A stretch of DNA of 64,000 bases from Candidatus Woesebacteria bacterium GW2011_GWF1_31_35 (lineage in GTDB: Bacteria > Patescibacteriota > Microgenomatia > UBA8517): assembly GCA_001029755.1 (NCBI GenBank), contig CP011214.1:429767-493766 (forward strand), given 5' to 3'. The notes beneath the pieces were generated by a model. The model did no database searches. It saw nothing but the letters and a program-made list of their open reading frames with translations, and was not told the DNA's origin. The position numbers were made by a program, and so were the translations under genes. Below are positions 1 to 9,507 of this stretch, piece by piece (position 1 is the first letter of the stretch; each line of letters starts with the position of its first letter).

Positions 1-1
1 A

Positions 2-121
2 AAAGTCACTGAAAAAATATTAAAAGAAGATTTAAACACATTATTACCTTATGAAAAATTTCAAAAAATAAGAAAAGTTTTAAAACAAGAAGTTTTAATG
101 TTTCTTAAATCTTGCTTTTAG
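2..121 (+). CDS. 3' end of a CDS truncated by the window edge (possibly an AbiEii-like C-terminus)
   Basis: Open frame KVTEKILKEDLNTLLPYEKFQKIRKVLKQEVLMFLKSCF* read from position 2; the family guess is weak. Confidence 0.4.
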   Translation, partial: KVTEKILKEDLNTLLPYEKFQKIRKVLKQEVLMFLKSCF

Positions 122-617
122 GATCAACCCAAAGCATCCATCCTTCAACCCAAGTTCTATCATGAACATCTAATGTGTCATACCATCTTTTGTTAAACTC
201 AGAGGCTTTAATTGTCCAAATTCCGTCTCTTTCATTGGTAGGATCAACTAAAGTTAAATTTTTTAGTTTTGAATCATAATCTCCAACAATGCTGTAGTGG
301 CCTCCTTGATTTTTTTTATCAAAATCATCCCACCAGTTTACAATGATATAATTTCCTTTTTTAAGATGGAATGAAATGTCTTTAAAAGTTGCATTTTGTT
401 TGAAATTAACAATTTTAAAAAATTTACTTAAGTAGGCTAGGATCATTTGTTGTGGGGTACCCCACCATTTTTTGTAAACATATTTTTTAATTTCAAATTG
501 AGTCTTATTTATTCCTGCTCTAGCTAAAACCATTTGAATAACAGCAGGTCCACACCAGCCTGGTTTTTCTTGAAATCTATGAAATTTTCGCCAATTAGAG
601 GTAATTTTTGAAGTCAT
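105..617 (-). CDS. C39-like cysteine peptidase (stand-alone)
   Basis: Q-x5-CGPA (QEKPGWCGPA), GHYSIV and LVDP motifs give the Cys-His-Asp triad pattern of papain-like C39 peptidases. Confidence 0.85.
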   Translation of the reverse strand: MTSKITSNWRKFHRFQEKPGWCGPAVIQMVLARAGINKTQFEIKKYVYKKWWGTPQQMILAYLSKFFKIVNFKQNATFKDISFHLKKGNYIIVNWWDDFDKKNQGGHYSIVGDYDSKLKNLTLVDPTNERDGIWTIKASEFNKRWYDTLDVHDRTWVEGWMLWVDPKSKI

Positions 618-683
618 ATGGCTATTATAACAAAAAATCCTTTATAGGATTTATTAATTAAATTAATATATAATACTTCACCC

Positions 684-1058
684 ATGGTAGAAACATTAAA
701 AGAATTAGGAGAATTAAACAAAAAGGCAGTTAAAGACGGATTATTATTAATTAATGGTTTGTCTTTTAGGAAAGACTATTCTCAATTATTGGGAAAACCC
801 CTATCTTCTTTAGAAGACAGATTTTATAGATATCTTGGTGAATTGAGTACAAATGGGTATGTTTCAGCACATGTTTTGGTAGATAAATTTTACTTTTTAG
901 AGGGCTATGAACTTGAGGACAATCGAGCAGGAGTTGATGCTTTAGTATCAAGAATTCGAAAAAAAATGGGTGAAACTACAATAATTACTAAGCAAGATCT
1001 AGGATACCTTTCTCGACGAACATCGATAGAAACCAAGTGTCGGGATGCTGGGAATTGA
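684..1058 (+). CDS. Winged-helix (OmpR/PhoB C-terminal-like) DNA-binding protein without a receiver domain
   Basis: VDALVSRIRKKMG...IITKQDLGY resembles Trans_reg_C; TATAAT just upstream of ATG; stop lies inside the antisense tRNA-Pro. Confidence 0.65.
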   Translation: MVETLKELGELNKKAVKDGLLLINGLSFRKDYSQLLGKPLSSLEDRFYRYLGELSTNGYVSAHVLVDKFYFLEGYELEDNRAGVDALVSRIRKKMGETTIITKQDLGYLSRRTSIETKCRDAGN

Positions 1059-1111
1059 ACCCAGTGTCTCTACGTCCCGAACGTAGCGTGATACCGATTC
1101 ACTACATCCCG
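1040..1111 (-). tRNA. tRNA-Pro(CGG)
   Basis: Reverse complement: CGGGATG/CATCCCG acceptor, CTACG-TTCGGGA-CGTAG anticodon arm, CTGGG-TTCAATT-CCCAG T arm. Confidence 0.95.
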
Positions 1112-1123
1112 TGGCTAGTTTTG

Positions 1124-1195
1124 TGTCCCCGTTCAGAATCGAACTGAAATTTAAGGTTTAGGAAACCTCCGTTCTATCCGTTGAACTACGAGGAC
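1124..1195 (-). tRNA. tRNA-Arg(CCT)
   Basis: Reverse complement: GTCCTCG/CGGGGAC acceptor, GAGGT-TTCCTAA-ACCTT anticodon arm, TTCAG-TTCGATT-CTGAA T arm. Confidence 0.95.
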
Positions 1196-1219
1196 ATATA
1201 GGTTCTTATTTTACCACTA

Positions 1220-2362
1220 CTACTTAATACTAAGCGAATAGAGATTAGCGGTTGTGGAGTCAGATCCTAAGTTTGTTAGAATTAGAAGTTTACTTGCATT
1301 AACAAATGGATATGCGTGTGGAGTAATATAGTTTCCTGAAAAAACAACTTGTCTATTTGTACCATCATAATCCATTATTACAATTTTTCCTTCCAAACTT
1401 TCAATTAAATGTTTTGATGTTGGTAACCAATAAAGAGGAGTACCGTTTTCAGAAACTAAAAAATTTTTGTCTTCTTTGATATCGTAAATATATGTTTTAC
1501 CAATTTTGATATCCCTATTTTCCTTTTGAGTTGAAGATCCTGGAAGTTTAGGAATTAAATTTTCTCTTAAGTCAGCTGATTGACTAGCTACATACATAAC
1601 CATGTTTTCATCTGGAGAAAATGTAAAAGTTTTAACCCTTCTTTTAAAAATTTCAACTAAATCTTGTGGGAGATTTTTTAACTGTGCGTCTTCTTTTTTA
1701 GTCTTTTCTAGGTTCCATTCTTTTAGAGTTTCATTTATCTTTATTGATATATTTACTCTTTGGTTTTGAGGCGTGAATTCGTTTGAATTAAGTAAAAATG
1801 TTCCTGTTGCCGTTTTTAATAATATTTGTCTTGAGTTGGGCGAAAAAAAGTAGGTAGAGTCATTTGTAACACCATCGGTTATTTTTTTAGGTTCGCTAGG
1901 GAAACCTATTGGAAGAGCTGAGACTGACATTATCCAGAGACTATCTCCATTTGTGTATGCAATTTTACTAAAATCATCAGATACTACTGGATTTGCTGCT
2001 CCGTCAAATGTAACAGGAGAGAGAGATGGGGCTACTTTAAAAAATTGAGCTGTAATTTGAGTTACTTCTTCCTTTTTGATAGTAAGTCTTTTACTCCAGG
2101 TTAGATATCCATTCTTTTTAATTTCCACATCATATGATCCAGGGGCAAGTTTAATATTGGTGTTAGTTGCTCCTTTTAGATCACCATCTATATAAACTGA
2201 AGCTCCATCAGGCTCAGATTTTATTACAAGAATGCCATTAGCTAAAAATTTAAATGAGTCTGTATCAAAACGGTACCCTCTAGCTATTAGTGATACAAAA
2301 TAACCAACTACTCCTACAAATAGAAGGGTTGACAGTAAAATTAACACTCGAAGTTTAGTCAT
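1220..2362 (-). CDS. PEGA domain membrane-anchored protein
   Basis: N-terminal TM followed by the PEGA motif SEPDGASVYIDG...LAPGSYDVEIKKNGY; beta-propeller-like C-terminus. Confidence 0.85.
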   Translation of the reverse strand: MTKLRVLILLSTLLFVGVVGYFVSLIARGYRFDTDSFKFLANGILVIKSEPDGASVYIDGDLKGATNTNIKLAPGSYDVEIKKNGYLTWSKRLTIKKEEVTQITAQFFKVAPSLSPVTFDGAANPVVSDDFSKIAYTNGDSLWIMSVSALPIGFPSEPKKITDGVTNDSTYFFSPNSRQILLKTATGTFLLNSNEFTPQNQRVNISIKINETLKEWNLEKTKKEDAQLKNLPQDLVEIFKRRVKTFTFSPDENMVMYVASQSADLRENLIPKLPGSSTQKENRDIKIGKTYIYDIKEDKNFLVSENGTPLYWLPTSKHLIESLEGKIVIMDYDGTNRQVVFSGNYITPHAYPFVNASKLLILTNLGSDSTTANLYSLSIK

Positions 2363-2381
2363 ATGGCTATTATACTATATA

Positions 2382-3416
2382 ATGCCTTTTAATCTAATGA
2401 ATATGAACTTTTCAAGAAAAAATATAGCAATAGACCTTGGAACTGCAAATACCCTTGTCTGGGTTTCAGGAGAAGGAATTATAGCAAATGAGCCTACGGT
2501 TGTGGCTACTTCAGTTGAAGATAATAAAGTTGTGGCTGTTGGTGAAGAAGCTAAAAAGATGTTAGGTAGAACTCCTGAAGCTTTAATGGCTAATCGCCCT
2601 ATGAGAGAAGGAGTTATTGCTGATTATCAAGTAACTGAAACAATGCTTAAGTATTTTATTGGAAAAGTTACAGGAAGATTTAATCTTTTTAGACCAAATG
2701 TCATGGTTTGTGTGCCTGCAGGTTGTACTCAAGTGGAAAGACGCGCGGCACTTGACGCGACTTTATCAGCAGGAGTTGCACATGCTTATTTAATCGATGA
2801 ACCTCTTGCGGCAGCAATTGGTGCAGGAATACCAGTTTCAGCACCTTCTGGACATATGATAGTTGATAGTGGCGGAGGATCAACTGAGGCTGCTGTTATA
2901 TCTTTAGGTGGAGTTGTAGTTCATAAATCAGTAAGAATCGCAGGCACTAAGATTGATGAAGCAATAATTACATTCATGAAGAAAAAACATAATTTAGTGA
3001 TTGGGGATACAACTGCTGAAGACATTAAAATTAAAATAGGCTCAGCACTAAAACTTCCCAAAGAAGAGAAACTTGAAATTAGTGGTAGAGATCTTGTTTT
3101 TGGACTTCCAAGAACAGTAACTGTTACTTCAACCGATGTAACTGAGGCAATAAAACCTACTTTACTTCAAATGATTGGAGCAGTTAAGGCAGTCTTAGAA
3201 GATACACCACCTGAACTTGCAGCAGATATTATAGACAAAGGTATAATTATGAGTGGGGGAACATCTCTTTTAAGAAACTTGAATAAACTTTTAACAGAAG
3301 AAACAGGAGTTCCTGCTCATGTTGCTGACGAACCACTTCTATGTGTTGTTAGGGGAACTGGTTTAGTTTTAGAAAATATTGAACTTTGGAAAAGAAGCGT
3401 TACTACTAAAGGTTAA
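2382..3416 (+). CDS. mreB: Rod shape-determining protein MreB
   Basis: IAIDLGTANT, EPLAAAIGAG, DSGGGSTE, TPPELAADI motifs; true start may be 2397 or 2403. Confidence 0.97.
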   Translation: MPFNLMNMNFSRKNIAIDLGTANTLVWVSGEGIIANEPTVVATSVEDNKVVAVGEEAKKMLGRTPEALMANRPMREGVIADYQVTETMLKYFIGKVTGRFNLFRPNVMVCVPAGCTQVERRAALDATLSAGVAHAYLIDEPLAAAIGAGIPVSAPSGHMIVDSGGGSTEAAVISLGGVVVHKSVRIAGTKIDEAIITFMKKKHNLVIGDTTAEDIKIKIGSALKLPKEEKLEISGRDLVFGLPRTVTVTSTDVTEAIKPTLLQMIGAVKAVLEDTPPELAADIIDKGIIMSGGTSLLRNLNKLLTEETGVPAHVADEPLLCVVRGTGLVLENIELWKRSVTTKG

Positions 3417-3752
3417 TTTTACGGAAGTTTAATTACTAATAAATAGGTTTTAAAAGTTAAAAAAATTAATAAAACCTTGAAAAATTAATCCTCTAGTTTG
3501 TAATTGGTAATTTTAAAAATTTGTGTATGGCTTGAGGATAAGTTTAAAAATTTGAATCTAATAATTGTATCAATAAATTGTACAATAATGTTACAAAAGA
3601 TAACATTATTTAAATGATAAACTGTATATAGTAAATAGACAAAAATGTATAATAATTTCAAATCAAATTTAATGATATACGGAGAAAAGATGGCTAAAAG
3701 TAGTAATTTTTGAACGATTTTTGAGGTAATTTTAATTAAAATATATGAAAAA

Positions 3753-4556
3753 ATGACTGAAAATAACACCAAATCGAATCGAAAACACGGACAGATCTTT
3801 GGAATTAAGATAAGTAGCACTTCAAGAGGCGAAGTGCTAGAGTTTTTAAGGTTGAGGCTAGAAACAAAGGAAAGATTCTTTTTTGTTACTCCAAATCCTG
3901 AAATTATCTTGATGGCAAAAGATGATTGGTTATTAAAAAAAGCAATTGCAAAGTCCGATTTATCAATTCCTGATGGGGTAGGGCTTAAATTTGCTTTTAA
4001 GTTTTTGTATGGAGAAGACTTAAATATTATAAAAGGAAGAGAACTATTTATGGACATTATTAAAATTGCAGATGATAAAGGACTTAGGATTTATTTTTTA
4101 GGTGGATTTAAAGATGAAGCAGAAAAAGCAAAGCAAGAATTAATTAAAGTTTATAAAAATATTAAAATTCAAGCAAATTCTGCTCCTAGGTATGGAAACA
4201 ATGGACAACCGGCATCAGAAGAGGATAGAAAACTTCATAAAAGTTTAATTAGTAAAATTAAAATGTTTGAACCCGACTTAATTTTTGTAGGACTTAGTGC
4301 TCCAAAACAAGAAAAATGGATATTTAGAAATTTTTTCAGATTAGATGCAACAGGAGCAATGGCAGTAGGTGGAACATTTAATTATATAAGTAAAACCCTA
4401 CCATTTCCTCCAAAATGGATGGAAAAATTAGGTTTTGAATGGCTATGGAGGTTAATTTTAGAGCCTAAAAGGTTTAAAAGGATTATTAATGCGGTTGTAG
4501 TCTTTCCTTTAATAGTATTTAGGAGTAAATTTATTAAATATGACAATAGAAAATAA
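3753..4556 (+). CDS. WecB/TagA/CpsF family glycosyltransferase (GT26)
   Basis: TPNPE, PDGVG, GLSAPKQEKW, VGGTF, EWLWRL motifs. Confidence 0.93.
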   Translation: MTENNTKSNRKHGQIFGIKISSTSRGEVLEFLRLRLETKERFFFVTPNPEIILMAKDDWLLKKAIAKSDLSIPDGVGLKFAFKFLYGEDLNIIKGRELFMDIIKIADDKGLRIYFLGGFKDEAEKAKQELIKVYKNIKIQANSAPRYGNNGQPASEEDRKLHKSLISKIKMFEPDLIFVGLSAPKQEKWIFRNFFRLDATGAMAVGGTFNYISKTLPFPPKWMEKLGFEWLWRLILEPKRFKRIINAVVVFPLIVFRSKFIKYDNRK

Positions 4557-4701
4557 ACCTGACGAAAAAAAAGTAAAGATAGAAATCACACGAGATGATT
4601 TGGATTTAATAGGTAATGATGGATATAAAGAAGGTAGTGGGGGTTTTGATGAAGAAGATAAACGAAGACCAAGTCGTGATGATGGAGATTTACTAGGTTA
4701 A
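4540..4701 (+). CDS. Small acidic hypothetical protein (53 aa, not in the ORF track)
   Basis: MTIENKPDEKKVKIEITRDDLDLIGNDGYKEGSGGFDEEDKRRPSRDDGDLLG*; overlaps the end of the GT26 gene and fills the gap to the next gene. Confidence 0.55.
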   Translation: MTIENKPDEKKVKIEITRDDLDLIGNDGYKEGSGGFDEEDKRRPSRDDGDLLG

Positions 4702-5576
4702 TACTTCCTATCAATGATGAAATTTAATAATTCTTGTAATTCTTTCTTTGCGGGTTCGTGTGACAAAAATTTCAAATCATTACTTAATATATTTAAGGCT
4801 TTTTCTCTGTATTCTTCTATCAATTTTTTGGTATAAGAAACTCCTTTATTAATTACCAATGTGGATTTTCCTTCTTTTTTATCTTGTTTTAAATCTAAAA
4901 TATCATCAACAAGTTGGAAACATCTTCCAAGATATAATCCAAATTCTGTGAGTTTATCAAGTTGTTTATTATTTGCTCCAGATATTATTGCCCCCAATCT
5001 CATTGGGCCTGCAATGGAATAATATGCTGATTTACTGTCGGCTACGAAGAAATATTCATGGTCAGTAACTTTTTTCTTTAAATTAGTCCAAATTTGTTCA
5101 ACACCTTGACCTAGTGTAGTTCTTAAGAGAATTTTATAAAATTCATTAGTAATGTCTTGCGAATTAATGTCACTAACTATTTTCCACATAATAATATGTA
5201 AGGAGTCTCCCGCGTTTAAAGCTAATTCATTTCCAAATAGTTTATGTAAAGTTGGAGCATCTCTTCTCTTTTCTGAATTGTCTTCAATGTCATCATGAAT
5301 TAATATCCATTCTTCTGAAAGCTGTATAGCTGAAGCTAATTTAATGATTTTTTTTGATTGTAAACCCATAGCACTAGCCACCAGCCTTACTAATGTTGGC
5401 CTTAAATATTTACCCATTCTTTCTGGATAAATTTTGTTTATTTTCCAAAATTCCAAGACTTCCTTTTTAAACTTAAAAGGCACCAAAAATTGTCTTGGGT
5501 ACAAAGGATCTTTTAAATACTTTTCTATTTCTGGCCAAACAAGTTTTTTTGTTTTTTCTAAAGTATCCTCAATCAT
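4698..5576 (-). CDS. Polyprenyl (trans-isoprenyl) diphosphate synthase
   Basis: GKYLRP, LIHDDIED...RR (FARM), GQ, FQLVDDILD (SARM). Confidence 0.93.
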   Translation of the reverse strand: MIEDTLEKTKKLVWPEIEKYLKDPLYPRQFLVPFKFKKEVLEFWKINKIYPERMGKYLRPTLVRLVASAMGLQSKKIIKLASAIQLSEEWILIHDDIEDNSEKRRDAPTLHKLFGNELALNAGDSLHIIMWKIVSDINSQDITNEFYKILLRTTLGQGVEQIWTNLKKKVTDHEYFFVADSKSAYYSIAGPMRLGAIISGANNKQLDKLTEFGLYLGRCFQLVDDILDLKQDKKEGKSTLVINKGVSYTKKLIEEYREKALNILSNDLKFLSHEPAKKELQELLNFIIDRKY

Positions 5577-5603
5577 GAGTTTGTATTATAATATACTTTC
5601 ATT

Positions 5604-6854
5604 ATGAATGATTTAATCTTACTTCCAAAAGGTACTGTAGTACCAAATCATATAGCCATGATCCTGGATGGTAATAGAAGGTGGGCAAGAGCTAGGGGTT
5701 TGAAACCCTGGGAAGGGCACTATCATGGATATCTAGCTGTGGAAAAGCTGGCAAAAGCTGTAAGGAGCTTGGGAATTCATACATATACTGTTTGGGCTTT
5801 CTCAACTGAAAATTGGGAAAGACCACAAAAAGAAATAAATGCGATAATGGACTTATTTCGTAAGGCTTTAAGAGAAAAGGAGAAAGAATTTCACAAAGAA
5901 AAGGTTGCTCTTGTACATTTAGGTAGGAAAGACAGGCTTCCTGAAGATATTAGACGGGAACTTATTAGGATTGAAAATGAAACTAAAAAATATTCTCAAA
6001 ATCATATTTATAATTTAGCTATAGACTATGGTGGAAGAGACGAGATCTTAAGAGCTTGTAGAAAGGTAATTACCGAAGGAATTAAACCAGATGAATTAAA
6101 TGAGAAAATATTTGAAAAATATCTTGATACTTACAATCAACCTTACCCATATCCAGATTTGTTTATTAGAACTTCAGGAGAACAAAGAACATCAGGTCTT
6201 CTTCCTTGGCAAATGACGTATGCTGAATTTTATTTCGAAACTACACACTTACCAGATTTTTCACCAGAAAAGTTAAAAGAAGCAATTTTAGATTTTTCAA
6301 GACGTAGAAGGAGATTTGGAGGAAATGATGAAGTAGAACATTTCAATTTTAATCCACAAATTGTGGCTAACTTGGAACTTAAGTGGTGGAGACTTACAAA
6401 AATTCCTAAAGGTACAAAACTGACTGAATATGCAATAGATCATTTTCGAAAACAATATGGATTATCTAAAGAACTTGCTAAAAGAGCTGTTAAATATACT
6501 CTTGAAGCTATTGAATATCAGGAAAAAGAAAAATGGGATCAGGCAAAAATATCTTTAAAGAAGTTTTACAAACTTATAAAGGGTGAGCTTAAACTTGCTT
6601 TTGAACCTGAAATTGTTGCCTCCTTGGAAGTTAAATTAAATAAAGAAAAAGGAGAATCAGAGGAAACTACAAAAGAACATTTAGCAGAAGTTTATAGAAT
6701 TTCACTTTTTCAGGCCACAAAGGCAGCTCACCTTAGAGTTTTGGCCAATGTAGAAAAGAATTTAGCGCAAAAAGGAATGGGAGAAGTTCATTGGCAAAAA
6801 GCAGAAAAGTATCTTGAAAAGTATTATAGTGCCCTAAAAGAACGAATTGCATGA
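5604..6854 (+). CDS. uppS: Undecaprenyl diphosphate synthase fused to a ~170-aa helical C-terminal domain
   Basis: HIAMILDGNRRWA, FSTENWER, IRTSGEQRTS, RRFGG; extra domain after RRFGG. Confidence 0.93.
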   Translation: MNDLILLPKGTVVPNHIAMILDGNRRWARARGLKPWEGHYHGYLAVEKLAKAVRSLGIHTYTVWAFSTENWERPQKEINAIMDLFRKALREKEKEFHKEKVALVHLGRKDRLPEDIRRELIRIENETKKYSQNHIYNLAIDYGGRDEILRACRKVITEGIKPDELNEKIFEKYLDTYNQPYPYPDLFIRTSGEQRTSGLLPWQMTYAEFYFETTHLPDFSPEKLKEAILDFSRRRRRFGGNDEVEHFNFNPQIVANLELKWWRLTKIPKGTKLTEYAIDHFRKQYGLSKELAKRAVKYTLEAIEYQEKEKWDQAKISLKKFYKLIKGELKLAFEPEIVASLEVKLNKEKGESEETTKEHLAEVYRISLFQATKAAHLRVLANVEKNLAQKGMGEVHWQKAEKYLEKYYSALKERIA

Positions 6855-8613
6855 AATGGCTAGAAAAAATTCTATCTCATTTATTAAACAAAATAAATTT
6901 GTTTTAATCCTTGTTTTAATAGGTTTATTTATATTTTTTAATTCACTTTTTAATGGTTTTGTCTGGGATGATGAAGAGTTAATAGTTAATAATGTTATTA
7001 TTCATTCATTTAGCAATTTAACTAGCTTTTTTGCTGGAGGAGCATTTAATTCAGGGGGGACAGGATCTTTATCTGGGGTTTTTTATAAACCTATTATGAC
7101 TTTATGTTTTTCACTTTTATATACAATTTTTGGTAATAGGCCAATTGTCTTTCATTTATTTTCAATAATTATACATATTATAAACTCTATACTAGTTTTT
7201 TTTCTTTTTAAAGAATTTTTTCCTCATCTTGAAGCAAAAAGAAAAGAGTTGGTATCTTTTATTGTATCTTTATTTTTTTTACTCCATCCCCTTTATTCAG
7301 AAGTAGTCTTCTATATCTCAAATTTTCAAGATTTACTTTTTATGTTTTTTGGTTTATCGGCTTTTCTACTAATTTTAAAGAAACGTATTAGTGTAGTAAA
7401 TATTCTGCTTATAACTTTTTTGTTTTTGTGTTCACTTCTTTCAAAAGAAACTGGTTTAGTCTTAATAATTATTTCATCTTTGTACTCATTCCTGTTTAAG
7501 AGGAAAGAAAAAGGATTTTTTTGGGTTTATATTGCAGGTTTTACATCAGTAGTTATGTATTCTTTGATGCGTTTTGGAATTGCTAAACAGTTTTTCCCAA
7601 ACAATAATCTTGCTCCTATTGCTAGAATTAATTTAGTAGAGAGACTTATTAATTTACCTAAGATACTTCTTTTTTACATTCAAAACTTCTTTGTTCCAAT
7701 TAACTTTTCTGTCAATCAAAATTGGCTGGTTAAATCTTTAAACTTAAGGGAATTTTATATTCCGCTTATTGTCATCTTAGTTTTTTTTACCTTTATTTTT
7801 TTAATGACATTTTTATTGTGGAAGAAAAAAATAAGTTTAGGTAAGCTTTATTTTTTCTTTTTATCTTGGTTTATTTTAGGACTTTTGCCACATATTCAAA
7901 TTTTTCCACTTGATGCAACTGCAACTGGTAGGTGGTTTTACCTTCCATCACTTGGACTTTTCGGGATGATATCTGTTTTGGTATTGCTTTTAACTGATAA
8001 ATTAAAAAGTAATCAAAGAAAAACTTTATTAATTATCATTATTTTGATAGTTACAATATTTGGAATTAGAACATTTGTAAGAAGTTTTGACTGGAGAAAT
8101 GGACTTACTTTTTATAGTAAAGAAATTAAGCTCTCTGGAGACAATTTTAGCTTAGAAAATAACCTTGGTGTAGAACTCTATCGTATTGGTAAACTTGATG
8201 AGGCTGGAGTGCATTGGGAGAGGTCAGTTAATCTTGCACCTTATTGGTGGACAAATTTTAATAATTTAGGAGTTTATTGGCAAAACAAAAATGATTTAGA
8301 AAAGGCTGAAGGATATTATTTAAAATCAATTGAAAATGGAAACTACTATTTAGCTTTTGAAAATTATGCATTAGTTTTATTAAAACAGAAAAAATATACA
8401 AAAGCTAAAGAATTCTTGAATACAAATATCAAATATTTTCCACAAAACACTAATATGATTCAACTACTTGCACTTTCATATTACTTTACAGGAGATACTG
8501 ATACTGCGATTAAAGTTGTCCAATATTTAATTGATAACTCTCCAACAGAAAATAATAAGAAACTATTAGATCTTATTCAAAAAGGCGGGGATTTAAGTAA
8601 CTTGTTTGATTAA
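6847..8613 (+). CDS. TMTC-like GT-C membrane glycosyltransferase with C-terminal TPRs
   Basis: FVWDD, FYKP, LHP, SKET, RWFYLPS, DWRN motifs; many TMs; NNLG TPR repeats. Confidence 0.85.
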   Translation: MHEMARKNSISFIKQNKFVLILVLIGLFIFFNSLFNGFVWDDEELIVNNVIIHSFSNLTSFFAGGAFNSGGTGSLSGVFYKPIMTLCFSLLYTIFGNRPIVFHLFSIIIHIINSILVFFLFKEFFPHLEAKRKELVSFIVSLFFLLHPLYSEVVFYISNFQDLLFMFFGLSAFLLILKKRISVVNILLITFLFLCSLLSKETGLVLIIISSLYSFLFKRKEKGFFWVYIAGFTSVVMYSLMRFGIAKQFFPNNNLAPIARINLVERLINLPKILLFYIQNFFVPINFSVNQNWLVKSLNLREFYIPLIVILVFFTFIFLMTFLLWKKKISLGKLYFFFLSWFILGLLPHIQIFPLDATATGRWFYLPSLGLFGMISVLVLLLTDKLKSNQRKTLLIIIILIVTIFGIRTFVRSFDWRNGLTFYSKEIKLSGDNFSLENNLGVELYRIGKLDEAGVHWERSVNLAPYWWTNFNNLGVYWQNKNDLEKAEGYYLKSIENGNYYLAFENYALVLLKQKKYTKAKEFLNTNIKYFPQNTNMIQLLALSYYFTGDTDTAIKVVQYLIDNSPTENNKKLLDLIQKGGDLSNLFD

Positions 8614-8640
8614 AAGTCTTAAAATTACTTAAAGTGCTTA

Positions 8641-8669
8641 TTGACACAAGTGTTCTACTTTATTATATT
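8641..8669 (+). promoter_or_regulatory. Sigma70-type promoter of the BldC-like gene
   Basis: TTGACA-17 bp-TATATT; AGGAG at 8696-8700 before ATG 8712. Confidence 0.7.
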
Positions 8670-8711
8670 GTGACTGCTATTGATAAATGTTAGGCAGGAG
8701 ACAAGATATAA

Positions 8712-8930
8712 ATGGAACAAACTACTAAAAAGCAAGTCAGATTAGAATCATTACCTGATCTATTAACGGTTAGGGAAGTTTCAGATTTACTTAGAGTTTC
8801 ACCCTTAACAATCAAAAGATGGGGTAAAAGAGGTAAACTTCCACCTCTTCGTATTAATTCAAGAGGTGACAGACGTTATAAGAAAGAATCAATTTTAGCT
8901 CTTCTTGGAATGCAGGTAAAAGTTGATTAA
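8712..8930 (+). CDS. BldC/excisionase-like HTH_17 DNA-binding protein
   Basis: LLTVREVSDLLRVSPLTIKRWGKRGKLPPLRINSRGDRRY pattern of the MerR-like/BldC family. Confidence 0.85.
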   Translation: MEQTTKKQVRLESLPDLLTVREVSDLLRVSPLTIKRWGKRGKLPPLRINSRGDRRYKKESILALLGMQVKVD

Positions 8931-8950
8931 GTCTTTTCTTCTCTCCATAT

Positions 8951-9244
8951 GTGTATACTGATAATTATACGTTAATTACCAGTATGAAGAAACATAAATT
9001 AAGTCATTATATCTTTACAATTATTTATCAAATTGTTAAAAATTTATTGTTAAGTTTTATTTTTATTTTAATTGCAATTACTGGATATCTTATTAATTCA
9101 ATTGTTAAATCTCCATATGATTTGATTTTTGGTGTTCCATTAATATTTATTGGGGTAGGTCTTTTGTTAAATAGTCTATATTCAATTTTATTATCGATTT
9201 TCTCTCCAGCTTTTAATAAGGGTGTATGTGTAATATGTAGTTGA
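8951..9244 (+). CDS. Small membrane protein
   Basis: Two hydrophobic segments, ends CVICS; likely start is ATG 8984. Confidence 0.55.
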   Translation: MYTDNYTLITSMKKHKLSHYIFTIIYQIVKNLLLSFIFILIAITGYLINSIVKSPYDLIFGVPLIFIGVGLLLNSLYSILLSIFSPAFNKGVCVICS

Positions 9245-9316
9245 CTTAACGTTTTCATTTTGTATAACTAAAGGTGTTACACCTGCCGAACTAATCCTGC
9301 CTAATGTTTATTTCAT

Positions 9317-9490
9317 ATGATATATTTTGCATTACTTACATTAGGTTACTTTTTGGGAGTATTTACTGCTATGGTAATTTTTCCTCCCAAAACAAATGAA
9401 TTAAGAGAACAGGAAAAGGATGCATTAACTCCAATTTTAAATTTAGAAGAGGAAGAAAAAGTTGCCTCTGGTTTAGTTGGTAGCTTTTAA
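9317..9490 (+). CDS. Small single-TM protein (57 aa, not in the ORF track)
   Basis: MIYFALLTLGYFLGVFTAMVIFPPKTNELREQEKDALTPILNLEEEEKVASGLVGSF*; TM plus acidic tail; fits the operon gap. Confidence 0.65.
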   Translation: MIYFALLTLGYFLGVFTAMVIFPPKTNELREQEKDALTPILNLEEEEKVASGLVGSF

Positions 9491-9507
9491 TAAAATTAAT
9501 AAAATAT

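Noticed and set aside
105-617. C39 peptidase as part of a bacteriocin/RiPP cluster
   Set aside because: No adjacent precursor or transporter; the ABC exporter is over 40 kb away and lacks a peptidase domain.
3485-4057. 190-aa minus-strand ORF
   Set aside because: More than half is antisense to the GT26 gene and it has no motif; 3417-3750 remains unexplained AT-rich DNA.
8712-8930. Prophage excisionase
   Set aside because: No integrase or phage genes nearby; the sequence fits a BldC-like regulator.
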